Notes: generated by a model from the sequence alone, not told the origin. Numbered from the stretch's first letter, positions 1-8,750 are shown. The stretch is 64,000 nt of DNA from Verrucomicrobiota bacterium (GCA_033762115.1 JANRLX010000093.1:48737-112736), one strand, 5' to 3'. A program made the numbers and translations.

Positions 1-332
1 CGCTGCGTATCGTTCCGTTCAGCAATGGTGTTCTGGAGTTCGGTCGTGGCGCGATTTGCGCGTTCCTGCTGTTCAGTCGCCTTACTGACTGCGGCGGCCA
101 GAGCGTTGGTCGCATTATTCAGGTCTTTGACAGCGACTTCGAGGTTTTCCTTGGCAGTTTTCTCGGCGGCACGAGCAGCGGCTTCACTTTCCTGAGATTG
201 GCTCAACTGAGCTTGAGTGTCTGCAAGGCTGGCATTAAGCCCGGTGATTTTCGTGCCCACTTGGAAATGGGTCAGGTACAAGGTCACTACCCCGACCAAA
301 ATGGCCAAACCGAGACTGATCTTCAGTAACAT
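1..332 (-). CDS. Membrane-anchored coiled-coil protein, N-terminal part (gene continues past the left edge)
   Basis: Absent from the ORF track because it is truncated. A reverse-strand ATG at 332-330 gives MLLKISLGLAILVGVVTLYLTHFQ (one TM helix). An Ala/Glu/Gln-rich sequence follows (AQLSQSQESEAAARAAEKTAKENLEVAVKDLNNATNALAAAVSKATEQQERANRATTELQNTIAERNDTQ) and stays open to position 1. Confidence 0.5.
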   Translation of the reverse strand, partial: MLLKISLGLAILVGVVTLYLTHFQVGTKITGLNASLADTQAQLSQSQESEAAARAAEKTAKENLEVAVKDLNNATNALAAAVSKATEQQERANRATTELQNTIAERNDTQ

Positions 333-444
333 GGTGCGCTGCTATGGTTGTTTTGTCGGGGAACAGTAATGATTGACAATTTAGGTGTCAACGGCGCAAA
401 CCGCCTTCTCCCCGAGTCATGGACTGAACCTAAAATAGCACAAC

Positions 445-1647
445 TCACGCCATCTTGTCTCCCACGAGCGATGGGTCCCAATCTTTCCAAACCGGCTCGT
501 AACCCAGCCCGGAAAGTAAATGTGCGATTTCAGCAGGAGTCCGCTCATCTGCAATCTGGAATTGCCCTGTGGCAGCGTCGGCAGAGCCAGGTGAATCCAG
601 GGCGACCACTCTTCCCCGTTCCGTTTTGTGAAGATTCTCTTTACCCGCCCCGGTGTAACCTCCCGGTTCCGTATGGCTTCCCGCACTCATATGAGTGATT
701 CCCAGAGGAATAAGCCCATTTCGCAATCGTGCTGGTTCCCTTGTGGAGAGGACAATCCCGACGTCTGGAAAGGCCAGGCGAAACGCGCAGATTAGTTGCA
801 ACAATTCCCGGTCAGTAATCCGGGTCAACGGTTCAAAATCACCTGCATGCGGCCTCAAGCGAGGAAGGGAGATTGTTAATTGCGCTTTCCAGCAATGCTT
901 TAGCAGATAATCCAGGTGTGCAGCCAGGTGGAAAGCTTCCAGTCGCCAGTCGCTTAATCCGTAGAGTGCGCCGATGCCCAGCCTGCGAAATCCTGCGGCA
1001 TAGGCGCGTTCCGGAGTTTCGAGCCGCCAGTTGAAATCCCTTTTTGGCCCGGCTGTGTGAACGCTCGCGTAAACGGATCGGTCGTAAGTCTCCTGGTAAA
1101 CAACCAACCCCTCTGCCCCGGCATCCACCAGGGGTCGGTATTCTTCAGTATTCATTGGGCCGATCTCCAATGAGATTGAAGGAAACATGGGTCGCAGCCC
1201 GGCTACACAATCCCGGAGATAATCCGCCGAAATAAATTTTGGTTGCTCGCCAGCGACGAGCAAAATGCTTCGAAACCCTGCCGATGATAATGCCGCAGCT
1301 TCCTTTTCCACTTCTGGAACTGACAAGGTGACCCGAAAAATAGGGTTATCTCGTGAGAATCCACAGTATTTGCAATTATTGATGCATTCATTGGAAAGAT
1401 AAAGCGGGGCAAACAACCGCACCGTTTTTCCAAACCGCTGTTGCGTGATGCGTTGAGAAATTTGGCCAAGTTTCTCCAGGTTTTGCCCGGCAGCGGGTGA
1501 GATCAGGGACGGAAAATCCAGGTAGCTCCAGTTTCGGCGAGCCAGAGTGCGTTCCACTTCAGCCGGGGACACCTGGCTGGATTGAGTAAGCAGCCGCTCA
1601 ATCGGGATCTTTTCATAAACTGCAACAAACGACATCCCCCTCACCAT
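445..1647 (-). CDS. thiH: Radical-SAM 2-iminoacetate synthase (tyrosine lyase), ThiH type
   Basis: 400-aa ORF with the CxxxCxxC radical-SAM cluster motif in 'LSNECINNCKYCGFSRDN'. The rest is collinear with ThiH/HydG-type enzymes (LVAGE..., VYQETYDRSVY, LGIGALYGL). The start could instead be the second Met at 1635. Confidence 0.75.
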   Translation of the reverse strand: MVRGMSFVAVYEKIPIERLLTQSSQVSPAEVERTLARRNWSYLDFPSLISPAAGQNLEKLGQISQRITQQRFGKTVRLFAPLYLSNECINNCKYCGFSRDNPIFRVTLSVPEVEKEAAALSSAGFRSILLVAGEQPKFISADYLRDCVAGLRPMFPSISLEIGPMNTEEYRPLVDAGAEGLVVYQETYDRSVYASVHTAGPKRDFNWRLETPERAYAAGFRRLGIGALYGLSDWRLEAFHLAAHLDYLLKHCWKAQLTISLPRLRPHAGDFEPLTRITDRELLQLICAFRLAFPDVGIVLSTREPARLRNGLIPLGITHMSAGSHTEPGGYTGAGKENLHKTERGRVVALDSPGSADAATGQFQIADERTPAEIAHLLSGLGYEPVWKDWDPSLVGDKMA

Positions 1648-1729
1648 AGCGCATCCAGGTTAAATGTGGAGAAGGAAGCTTCCGCGTAATGAACTTGGAA
1701 TTTGCCACCACCTGCTCTAACTACAGGAG

Positions 1730-2284
1730 GTGGCCAATTTACGTCAGCAGTTCGAAACTTTTCTTCGTCGGCAACCGCGCCTGGCCCCGACAGTTTATCT
1801 ATCCAGCCGGGCAGTTGTCATCGGTGATGTGCGGATCGGCCATTGCTCCAGTGTCTGGCACAATGCGGTATTGCGTGGGGACATTAATTACATCCAGATC
1901 GGCAAATACTCGAATATCCAGGATAACGCGGTGCTTCATTTGGCAGATGACTTCCCATGTATTGTCGGTGATTGGGTCACTGTAGGTCATGGAGCAATCG
2001 TCCATGCATGTACCGTCGAGGATGAATGCCTGATTGGAATGGGGGCCACGGTTCTTGACGGATCTGTGATCGGAAAACAATCCATTGTGGGAGCCAATGC
2101 GCTGGTTACGGGAGGGACCGTCATTCCGCCCGGCTCAATGGTGCTCGGTTCCCCGGCGAAGGTGGTCCGGGCATTATCGGATGCCGAACGGCAGGGATTA
2201 AAACATTGGGCGGAGAAATATGTGGAAAATGCTGCTTTTTGCCTCGAGCATAAAATCGAGATCGGCGTTCCGCTCAAAAGTTAA
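1730..2284 (+). CDS. Gamma-class carbonic anhydrase family / hexapeptide-repeat protein (YrdA/PaaY-like)
   Basis: 184 aa with left-handed beta-helix hexapeptide repeats. The His-containing motifs typical of the family are present: 'SVWHNAVLRGD', 'IQDNAVLH', 'VTVGHGAIVH'. GTG start. Confidence 0.8.
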   Translation: MANLRQQFETFLRRQPRLAPTVYLSSRAVVIGDVRIGHCSSVWHNAVLRGDINYIQIGKYSNIQDNAVLHLADDFPCIVGDWVTVGHGAIVHACTVEDECLIGMGATVLDGSVIGKQSIVGANALVTGGTVIPPGSMVLGSPAKVVRALSDAERQGLKHWAEKYVENAAFCLEHKIEIGVPLKS

Positions 2285-2479
2285 TGAGTTTTGGAACTGC
2301 CTAATCATTTAAGTGAGCAACGCACCCCTTCTGGATTTGACTCTGCCCACATTCCGTTTTATCCAATGTGGCCAATAACAGGGAGTCACCGGCGAAGGAT
2401 CTTCCGATTTCCGGCTGTTCTTTTTTGCGCAACTTTTGCGCCCCCCTGCTGTATATATAATCCACAACCATAAACTTTT

Positions 2480-4231
2480 GTGGCGCTGAAATCGATTAAA
2501 TCCATTCTTGCCGACGCGGGCCTTGCCGCTCCAACTCAATTTTCGGAGTGGAGCAAGGAATGGCGTGTCGCTGCCGAGAACGGTTCATCGGAATCGCTCC
2601 TGGCTTTTATCAGTCGTGAATCGGGCCTTGCGCAGGACACTTTCCTGGAACGCCTCGCCACAGTGCTGGGCTGGCCATTTCTTGATCTTCCCAAGGTGAC
2701 GGTTACTGCCGAGGCTCAGAAAAAAATTTCAACCAAGGTCGCTTTTCAGTACCTGGTTCTCCCGACCCATTTCGAGAATGACACCCTGCAGGTTGCTGTG
2801 AGCAATCCGTTTGATACCGCCATGCTCAATGCAGTGCAGTTTGATGCCCAATGCGCGGTTCAATATGCTTTGGCCCCGCGTGACGAAATCGAGAAGGCGC
2901 TTAAAAAATATTACGGGGTTGGCGCGGAAACCCTCGATGAAATGGCGGAGGAAGAACCGATTGACCTGGACATTGCGGGTGACAAGGAAATCACTGAAGG
3001 AGACCAGGAAGCCAGTGTCATCAAGTTCGTCAACCAGGTGATCTGGGAAGCGTTCAAGGACCGCGCCACTGACATTCACTTTGAACCAGCTGAAGATGAA
3101 TTGCGGATTCGGTATCGAATTGATGGGATCCTGCACCAAACTCCGATGCCTCCGCAACTCAAGCGGTTTCAGTCCGCCTTGATCTCCCGTATCAAGGTCA
3201 TGTCCGGGATGAATATTTCGGAAAAGCGCCTGCCGCAGGATGGTCGTATCAACGTACGGATCAAGGGCGAGGAAATTGACATTCGTGTTTCGACTGTTCC
3301 CACTGTTTATGGGGAAAGTGTTTCACTGCGATTGCTGACCCGCGGTAAAATATTTCTCGGCCTTGAGAAGCTCGGGTTTGCTCCTGCTGAAGAGAATGCC
3401 TTGCGTGAAATCATCGTTAAACCGCACGGGATTCTGCTCGTCACCGGCCCGACAGGATCTGGAAAATCCACCTCCCTTTACGCATTTCTCAGCACCATCA
3501 ATTCAGTCCATAAACGCATCATCACAATTGAAGAGCCGGTTGAGTATGAGTTGAAAGGGATTAACCAGATTGCTGTCCGTTCGGATATTGGCCTGACCTT
3601 TGCAATGGGTCTTCGTCATATTCTGCGCCAGGATCCTAATGTCATCATGGTCGGGGAAATTCGCGATTTGGAAACTGCGGAGATCGCCATCCGCGCTGCG
3701 CTGACCGGGCACCTTGTTTTCAGCACATTACATACGAACGACGCCCCGAGCGCCTTCACCCGCTTGATTGATATGGGGATTGAACCATTCCTGGTCGCCT
3801 CCTCTGTTGAAGCTGTTTTGGCCCAGCGCCTTGTCCGCACCATTTGTGTCCATTGCAAGGTGGAGCAGAAAGTTGAAAAGGATTATCTCCGCAGGATTGG
3901 CTTTCCACCGGATGAGATCGACACTGCGAAATTCTGGCGCGGGGCCGGTTGCGAGCAATGCCGGCAACTCGGTTACCAGGGCCGTATGGGCATCTACGAA
4001 TTATTATTGCTCAATGAAGCCATTCGGCCACTTATCCTCAATCGAGCGCCTGCGTCTACCATTGCCCAAAAAGCCATGGAACAGGGAATGCGCACCTTGC
4101 GCACGGATGGTTGGAACAAAGTCCGCGCTGGTTTGACAACCATCGAAGAAGTCCTTCGTGTGACCCAAACGGAAGAGCACATGGGCGCGCTGGTTGGAGA
4201 TTCTAAATCCGAGATGTGGGTGCAAGCGTGA
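2480..4231 (+). CDS. Type II secretion / type IV pilus assembly ATPase (GspE/PilB family)
   Basis: 583 aa. An N-terminal GspE-N/MshEN-like domain is present. Walker A 'GPTGSGKST', Asp box 'ITIEEPVEY', Walker B 'VIMVGEIRD', His box 'TGHLVFSTLHTND', and the tetracysteine 'CVHC...CEQC'. GTG start. Confidence 0.9.
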   Translation: MALKSIKSILADAGLAAPTQFSEWSKEWRVAAENGSSESLLAFISRESGLAQDTFLERLATVLGWPFLDLPKVTVTAEAQKKISTKVAFQYLVLPTHFENDTLQVAVSNPFDTAMLNAVQFDAQCAVQYALAPRDEIEKALKKYYGVGAETLDEMAEEEPIDLDIAGDKEITEGDQEASVIKFVNQVIWEAFKDRATDIHFEPAEDELRIRYRIDGILHQTPMPPQLKRFQSALISRIKVMSGMNISEKRLPQDGRINVRIKGEEIDIRVSTVPTVYGESVSLRLLTRGKIFLGLEKLGFAPAEENALREIIVKPHGILLVTGPTGSGKSTSLYAFLSTINSVHKRIITIEEPVEYELKGINQIAVRSDIGLTFAMGLRHILRQDPNVIMVGEIRDLETAEIAIRAALTGHLVFSTLHTNDAPSAFTRLIDMGIEPFLVASSVEAVLAQRLVRTICVHCKVEQKVEKDYLRRIGFPPDEIDTAKFWRGAGCEQCRQLGYQGRMGIYELLLLNEAIRPLILNRAPASTIAQKAMEQGMRTLRTDGWNKVRAGLTTIEEVLRVTQTEEHMGALVGDSKSEMWVQA

Positions 4232-5604
4232 AGCAAAAACGTGTTCATAGCTGCAATGTCTTCGAAAGCAGCCCTCATTCCCGCAATCTCTGGCAGTTCA
4301 GTGGTGTGGAGGGCCGGGTCCGCCTGGTTAATGGCTCTGCCGGACCCTCAGAAAAGGGCATTCCAAAAAACCTGGTCACCAAGGATTGGCATAATTTGAT
4401 TCAACCACGGTTGAATCTCGCATGGCTCCCTGCTGAACAGGTCTTTCTGCGAGTGCTTCAACTGCCGAAAGCCGATCCCGCGGAGATCGCCTCCATGCTG
4501 GAATTTCAATTGGAAAAACTCTCTCCAATTCCAGTGGGCCAGATTGTCTGGAGTTTTGAACTGCTGCCCGGAGGTGATACCAACACACAAACGGTCCTTG
4601 CGATCATTGCTCCTCGATCCCTGGTCGAACAATTTGTAGGTGCGCTCGAAGGGGAGGGATTCAAGCCGGACCGCCTCGAACTACCGTTGCTTTACCAGAT
4701 CGTAGCCGCCCCTCCGCAGAGTGACGGTATCTGGATTTATCCGGAACCGATGGACCAAGGTAATCTTTGCCTTGTCGCATGGTGGTTCAATGGAATGTTG
4801 CAGAATCTACAGCTGGTTCACCTCCCATCGGTCGGTGACAAGGTGGCTGTGCTGCGCGAGCAATTGGATAAGACGGCCTGGGCGGGAGAAATGGAAGGCT
4901 GGCTTGAGTTCCCGGTTCGAATTCATCTGGTCGCCTCACCTGCGGTGGCTGCCATCTGGACTGAGATGCTCAAGGAGTGGGCACAGGGTGAAATTCTTTC
5001 CTATACCCCGCTGACCAAAGATCAGGCTGCGGAATTCGCGGCACGTCGAGTGGTTGAACATGCGCCAGCGGCCAATCTTCTCCCTTCTGAGTATGGAGTC
5101 CGTTACCAGCAGGAGTTCATCGATCGTCTCTGGATGCGCGGCTTGTTTGCCATGGTTGGCCTTTACCTGATCGGAGTCGCTGTTTATATCGCGGTGCTTT
5201 ACGGGTATAAATTCAAAGCCTCCCGTATCCAGACGCAGATCACTCAGATCAGCGGTAGTTATACAAATGCACTTCGTTTGCGCGAACGTGTGGAGGTTCT
5301 GCAGGAGCAGCTCAATTTGAAGTATGCAGCCCTGGATTCCTGGAAGGTTGCTTCAGAACTGCTTCCTGCCGAGTTGACTTTGAACTGGATGGTATTTGGC
5401 CGTGGTAAATCCCTGGAGCTGCATGGTTCAGCCCCGCAGGAGCACGCCGATAAAATCACCGATTACAACGAAGCACTCAGAAACGTCAAAGTTGAGGACC
5501 AGCCTCTCTTCAGCCTGGTCTCTCCTCCCACTTCGAATTCACGCGGCGGCGGCAACTTGAACTGGAGCTTTACCTGTTCCTTAAACCGACAGGAATTGCA
5601 ATGA
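4216..5604 (+). CDS. Pilus/secretion inner-membrane assembly protein, PilM-like cytoplasmic domain fused to a TM helix and a PilN-like periplasmic domain (GspL-like topology)
   Basis: A ~300-aa cytoplasmic part carries a PilM/GspL-like N-terminus (LPAEQVFLRVLQLPKADPAEIASMLEFQLEKLSPIPVGQIVWSFELL). One TM helix follows (GLFAMVGLYLIGVAVYIAVLY), then a coiled coil and a ~130-aa periplasmic domain. The start is GTG 4216 or GTG 4228; the latter forms a GTGA overlap with the ATPase stop. The gene sits between the ATPase and the PilO-like/secretin genes. Confidence 0.5.
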   Translation: MGASVKQKRVHSCNVFESSPHSRNLWQFSGVEGRVRLVNGSAGPSEKGIPKNLVTKDWHNLIQPRLNLAWLPAEQVFLRVLQLPKADPAEIASMLEFQLEKLSPIPVGQIVWSFELLPGGDTNTQTVLAIIAPRSLVEQFVGALEGEGFKPDRLELPLLYQIVAAPPQSDGIWIYPEPMDQGNLCLVAWWFNGMLQNLQLVHLPSVGDKVAVLREQLDKTAWAGEMEGWLEFPVRIHLVASPAVAAIWTEMLKEWAQGEILSYTPLTKDQAAEFAARRVVEHAPAANLLPSEYGVRYQQEFIDRLWMRGLFAMVGLYLIGVAVYIAVLYGYKFKASRIQTQITQISGSYTNALRLRERVEVLQEQLNLKYAALDSWKVASELLPAELTLNWMVFGRGKSLELHGSAPQEHADKITDYNEALRNVKVEDQPLFSLVSPPTSNSRGGGNLNWSFTCSLNRQELQ

Positions 5605-6191
5605 CCGGCTTCCTCGACAAATTGAATCTGCGACCACAGGAGAAACGCCTGGTGGTCATTGTTGGTTTTGGCATTTTTGTTCTCCTGAACTGGTGGTTCG
5701 TTCGACCTTTTTTTGGGCAATGGAGCGTGGTCCAAAACACTATCTCCCGGGCTGAATCCACCTTGGATCGCTATCAAAAGGAACTCGCAAATGTTCCCAA
5801 GTACGAAAAACAGGAAAAAACTCTTCAAACCAGCGGCTCAGACGTGCTGGATCAGGAACTTGCTCTGCAACGGATCGTGCAAACACAAGCCGCGACCACA
5901 GGGGTCATGATCAACCGTTACGATCCGCGCCCCCGCTCCTTTGGTTCCAGGACCAATCAATTCTTTGAAGATCAGGTGCTCTCCATTGATTTTACCACAG
6001 GAGGCAAGGAACTTGTGGATTTTCTCGTCAATCTGGCCACTGGGAATTCGATGATTCGGGTACGCGAAATGAGCCTGAAGCCTGATCCCAGCCAAACCCG
6101 CCTGATTGGCAGCATAACTTTTATCGCCAGTTATCAAAAGAAACCTTCCGCCGCGCGTCCTGCGACCCCGGTGGCAAGCAACCGACGCTGA
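5601..6191 (+). CDS. PilO/GspM-like bitopic assembly protein
   Basis: 196 aa. Short cytoplasmic N-terminus, one TM helix (LVVIVGFGIFVLLNWWFV), a coiled coil, then a ~100-aa periplasmic domain. ATGA overlap with the upstream gene; the secretin starts 2 nt after its stop. Confidence 0.45.
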   Translation: MTGFLDKLNLRPQEKRLVVIVGFGIFVLLNWWFVRPFFGQWSVVQNTISRAESTLDRYQKELANVPKYEKQEKTLQTSGSDVLDQELALQRIVQTQAATTGVMINRYDPRPRSFGSRTNQFFEDQVLSIDFTTGGKELVDFLVNLATGNSMIRVREMSLKPDPSQTRLIGSITFIASYQKKPSAARPATPVASNRR

Positions 6192-6193
6192 TT

Positions 6194-8716
6194 ATGAAGC
6201 TCAAACCCATCCTTTTTGTTTTCTCTCTATTGCTGGCGACCATCCATGCCCAGACCAATGCTCCCGGCACCGTCGCACCAGTCCAGGTGCCTCCCGGCAA
6301 TACGGTGGCTGCTCCTCCCGCATTGACTCCCGGTGCGGATGCAAACCGTCGTGTGATCCCTCGCCGAGGGACTCGATTGCCCGTTCCCGCAACTTCTTCT
6401 CAAAGCCTTCCAGCTCCCACCCTTCCGGTACCGGAAGCTGGGGCCAATGTGGATGCTGCGCCAGCAACAGATACCACTCTGCCAGCGCCCACTCTTCCAG
6501 TCCCTTCAACCGGGGCAAATACCGATCTGGCTGCTCCGGATGCCGCAGATCCAACTGCTGATGGCACCGATCCTGCCGTTGCTCCACAACAGCAGGTCAC
6601 TGAACCGGTTGAAGCTCCAGCCGTTGTGGCTCCCCCGGTCGTGGTCGAAACTCCTGTGTTGCCCGTTCCCGCTCCTGTGACGCCTACCAACGCCGCTCCT
6701 TTCCGCAGCCGCATCACCCCTTCTTTTCCACGACTGCCCACTCCCGGGGGAACCAACCGGGTCACCCTTCCATTTCCCCCGGGTAATCCAGCCGCTCCCA
6801 ACCAAAATGCGTTCAGCCAAATTTCGACCAATGCAGCCGGTGAAGCCTCGCGCCTCGAAATCGACCAAAATGATATGGTCCGTGAACGACAGCTGCAGAT
6901 TTTGAACATGCCGCTGGATCAGTTTCTGAATGATTTTTATGCCCCATTGGCTCGGCGCAGTATTATTCGCGCCACCCAGATTGCCGGCGCTTCCCCGAAC
7001 GTCACCTTCATCAATCAGACAGATTTAACCCGTGAGGAAGCAGTGGCTGCTTTGGAAGGGGTGCTTGCAGCAAATAATGTCGCCCTGCTGAAAATCGGCG
7101 ATAAGTTTGTCAAGGCAGTCGGCACCGCCCAGGCTGAAAAGGAAGGCGCCCCTCTCACTGAAAAGCCTTCTGGCGACATCGCTCTGAATGAAGAATTCGT
7201 CACCAAAATCGTTCAACTTTCCGTCGCCAAGCCCAGCGAGATTCAACCAACCCTCGCCACTTTCAGTAAAAGTCCCGGCGCGGTCACGGCGATCGATAGT
7301 AATAATACACTGATTCTTCGGGATTACGCCTCCAACGTAAAGCGGATGATGGATATCATCCAGCGAGTTGATGTGCAGCCACAGACAGATATGCGATTGG
7401 AAGTGATTCCGATCAAGTATGGAAAGGTCGAGGACATCTATGCCACGATGAGTGCCTTGATTTCGGATACTGGCGCGGCGGGCGGGGTTGGTGGCATCCG
7501 CAATCCTACTTTTCCTGCGACCGGAAATAACGCGTTCCGCTCAGGCGTCGGCAATAATAATTTTAATCGAGGTGGATTCAACCAGCAGAATCGCAATACC
7601 GGTTTTGGAGGAGGAAATTATTATCCGCAACAGGCCGCAGCCCCGGTCACTGCCAACCAGAATTCATTTCAAAGTCGTCTGAACAATGTGATCAATCGTG
7701 CGGCAGGTGTCCCCCCCGAAGCCAAGGTTTTGGAAAATGCAAAAATTGTTCCCGACACCCGCTCGAATACCTTGCTCATTTTTGCCAACAATCGTGATAT
7801 GTCCATGATCACAAACCTCGTGCAAAAGGTTGATGTGCTGCTAGCCCAGGTCTTGCTGGAGGCGGTGATTCTCGAAGTGAAACTGGGGGATAAATATCGT
7901 CTTGGGGTTAGTGCTGTCCAGAATCCAAAGAAATTCGGCCAGGATTTCACGGGCGCAGGCGTTATCAACAACGGGCAGCCATTCCTGAATAATTTGACCA
8001 ACTTCCCCGGCGCCGCTCCAGATGGGTTCACCTATTTTGGAAAAATCAATGATACCTTCGATGTCACCGTCAATGCCCTGGCTGAAGATAGTAATATCAA
8101 TATCGTTTCACGCCCCCGAATTCAAACGTCCCATGCCATTCCTGGCTTCTTCTTCATTGGTGAAACGGTTCCGTACATCACCGGCTTTACAGATTACGGC
8201 GGATTAACCGGCAGCGGCCTTTCAACTCGTTCCTCCATTACTGAAAGAACAATCGGGCTCAACCTGGCGGTCACCCCCTTTATCACTCCGGATGGGCTGG
8301 TTGTGATGGAAATTTCTCAACAATTTGATCAACGGGGACAGGACGTTATCATTGAAAACAATCCTGTTCCCCTCGTGAACAGCCGCCAGGCGGAGGCGAC
8401 CCTGACCGTCCGTGATGGGGACATGATCATGCTGGGCGGATTTATCAGTGAGAATAAAAGCAAAAACAAATCCGGTGTTCCCTTCCTGAAAGATATTCCA
8501 GGCATCGGGGCTCTTTTCCGTTCGAAGAATACTTCCAATGATCGGACTGAACTGATCATTCTGATGAAAGCCACTGTCCTGCAAACGCCTGAAGATGCAG
8601 CCCTGATTGCAAGGTCAGAACGTGCCCAACTGCCGGGCGTTGCCGCAGCGGAACAGGAATTTGACCGCAGCCAGGAAAAGTATAAAAAGCAGCTGAAGTC
8701 AGGAAACAGGAAATAA
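6194..8716 (+). CDS. Secretin (GspD/PilQ family outer-membrane channel) with a long Pro/Ala/Thr-rich N-terminal extension
   Basis: 840 aa with signal peptide MKLKPILFVFSLLLATIHA. Secretin N-domain repeats are present (IIRATQ..., MRLEVIPIKYGKVEDIYATM). The C-terminal secretin core shows 'LLAQVLLEAVILEVKLGD', 'NIVSRPRIQTSHAIPGFFFIGETVPY' and 'GVPFLKDIPGIGALFRS...RTELIILMKATVL'. Confidence 0.9.
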   Translation: MKLKPILFVFSLLLATIHAQTNAPGTVAPVQVPPGNTVAAPPALTPGADANRRVIPRRGTRLPVPATSSQSLPAPTLPVPEAGANVDAAPATDTTLPAPTLPVPSTGANTDLAAPDAADPTADGTDPAVAPQQQVTEPVEAPAVVAPPVVVETPVLPVPAPVTPTNAAPFRSRITPSFPRLPTPGGTNRVTLPFPPGNPAAPNQNAFSQISTNAAGEASRLEIDQNDMVRERQLQILNMPLDQFLNDFYAPLARRSIIRATQIAGASPNVTFINQTDLTREEAVAALEGVLAANNVALLKIGDKFVKAVGTAQAEKEGAPLTEKPSGDIALNEEFVTKIVQLSVAKPSEIQPTLATFSKSPGAVTAIDSNNTLILRDYASNVKRMMDIIQRVDVQPQTDMRLEVIPIKYGKVEDIYATMSALISDTGAAGGVGGIRNPTFPATGNNAFRSGVGNNNFNRGGFNQQNRNTGFGGGNYYPQQAAAPVTANQNSFQSRLNNVINRAAGVPPEAKVLENAKIVPDTRSNTLLIFANNRDMSMITNLVQKVDVLLAQVLLEAVILEVKLGDKYRLGVSAVQNPKKFGQDFTGAGVINNGQPFLNNLTNFPGAAPDGFTYFGKINDTFDVTVNALAEDSNINIVSRPRIQTSHAIPGFFFIGETVPYITGFTDYGGLTGSGLSTRSSITERTIGLNLAVTPFITPDGLVVMEISQQFDQRGQDVIIENNPVPLVNSRQAEATLTVRDGDMIMLGGFISENKSKNKSGVPFLKDIPGIGALFRSKNTSNDRTELIILMKATVLQTPEDAALIARSERAQLPGVAAAEQEFDRSQEKYKKQLKSGNRK
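6407..6550 (+). repeat. Imperfect tandem duplication, 2 x 72 nt (24 aa), inside the secretin N-terminal low-complexity region
   Basis: Unit 1 (6407-6478) encodes LPAPTLPVPEAGANVDAAPATDTT. Unit 2 (6479-6550) encodes LPAPTLPVPSTGANTDLAAPDAAD. Both are in frame. Confidence 0.8.
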
Positions 8717-8750
8717 TCACCTGGGCTGGAGAGTTGTTGAACAACCTGAA

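Noticed and set aside
1648-1729. Possible TPP riboswitch upstream of the thiH-like gene.
   Set aside because: The leader is only 82 nt and is shared with a divergent gene. Read on the minus strand, it lacks the conserved CUGAGA / ACCUGAUCUGGAUAAUGCCAGCG-type elements.
2427-2461. A short hairpin GCGCAA-ctt-TTGCGC (2427-2441) and a TATAAT hexamer (2456-2461) 19 nt upstream of the ATPase GTG start, as a possible promoter or operator.
   Set aside because: The hexamer is plausible, but no convincing -35 sits at proper spacing. Promoter consensus in PVC bacteria is poorly defined, so this cannot be supported from sequence alone.
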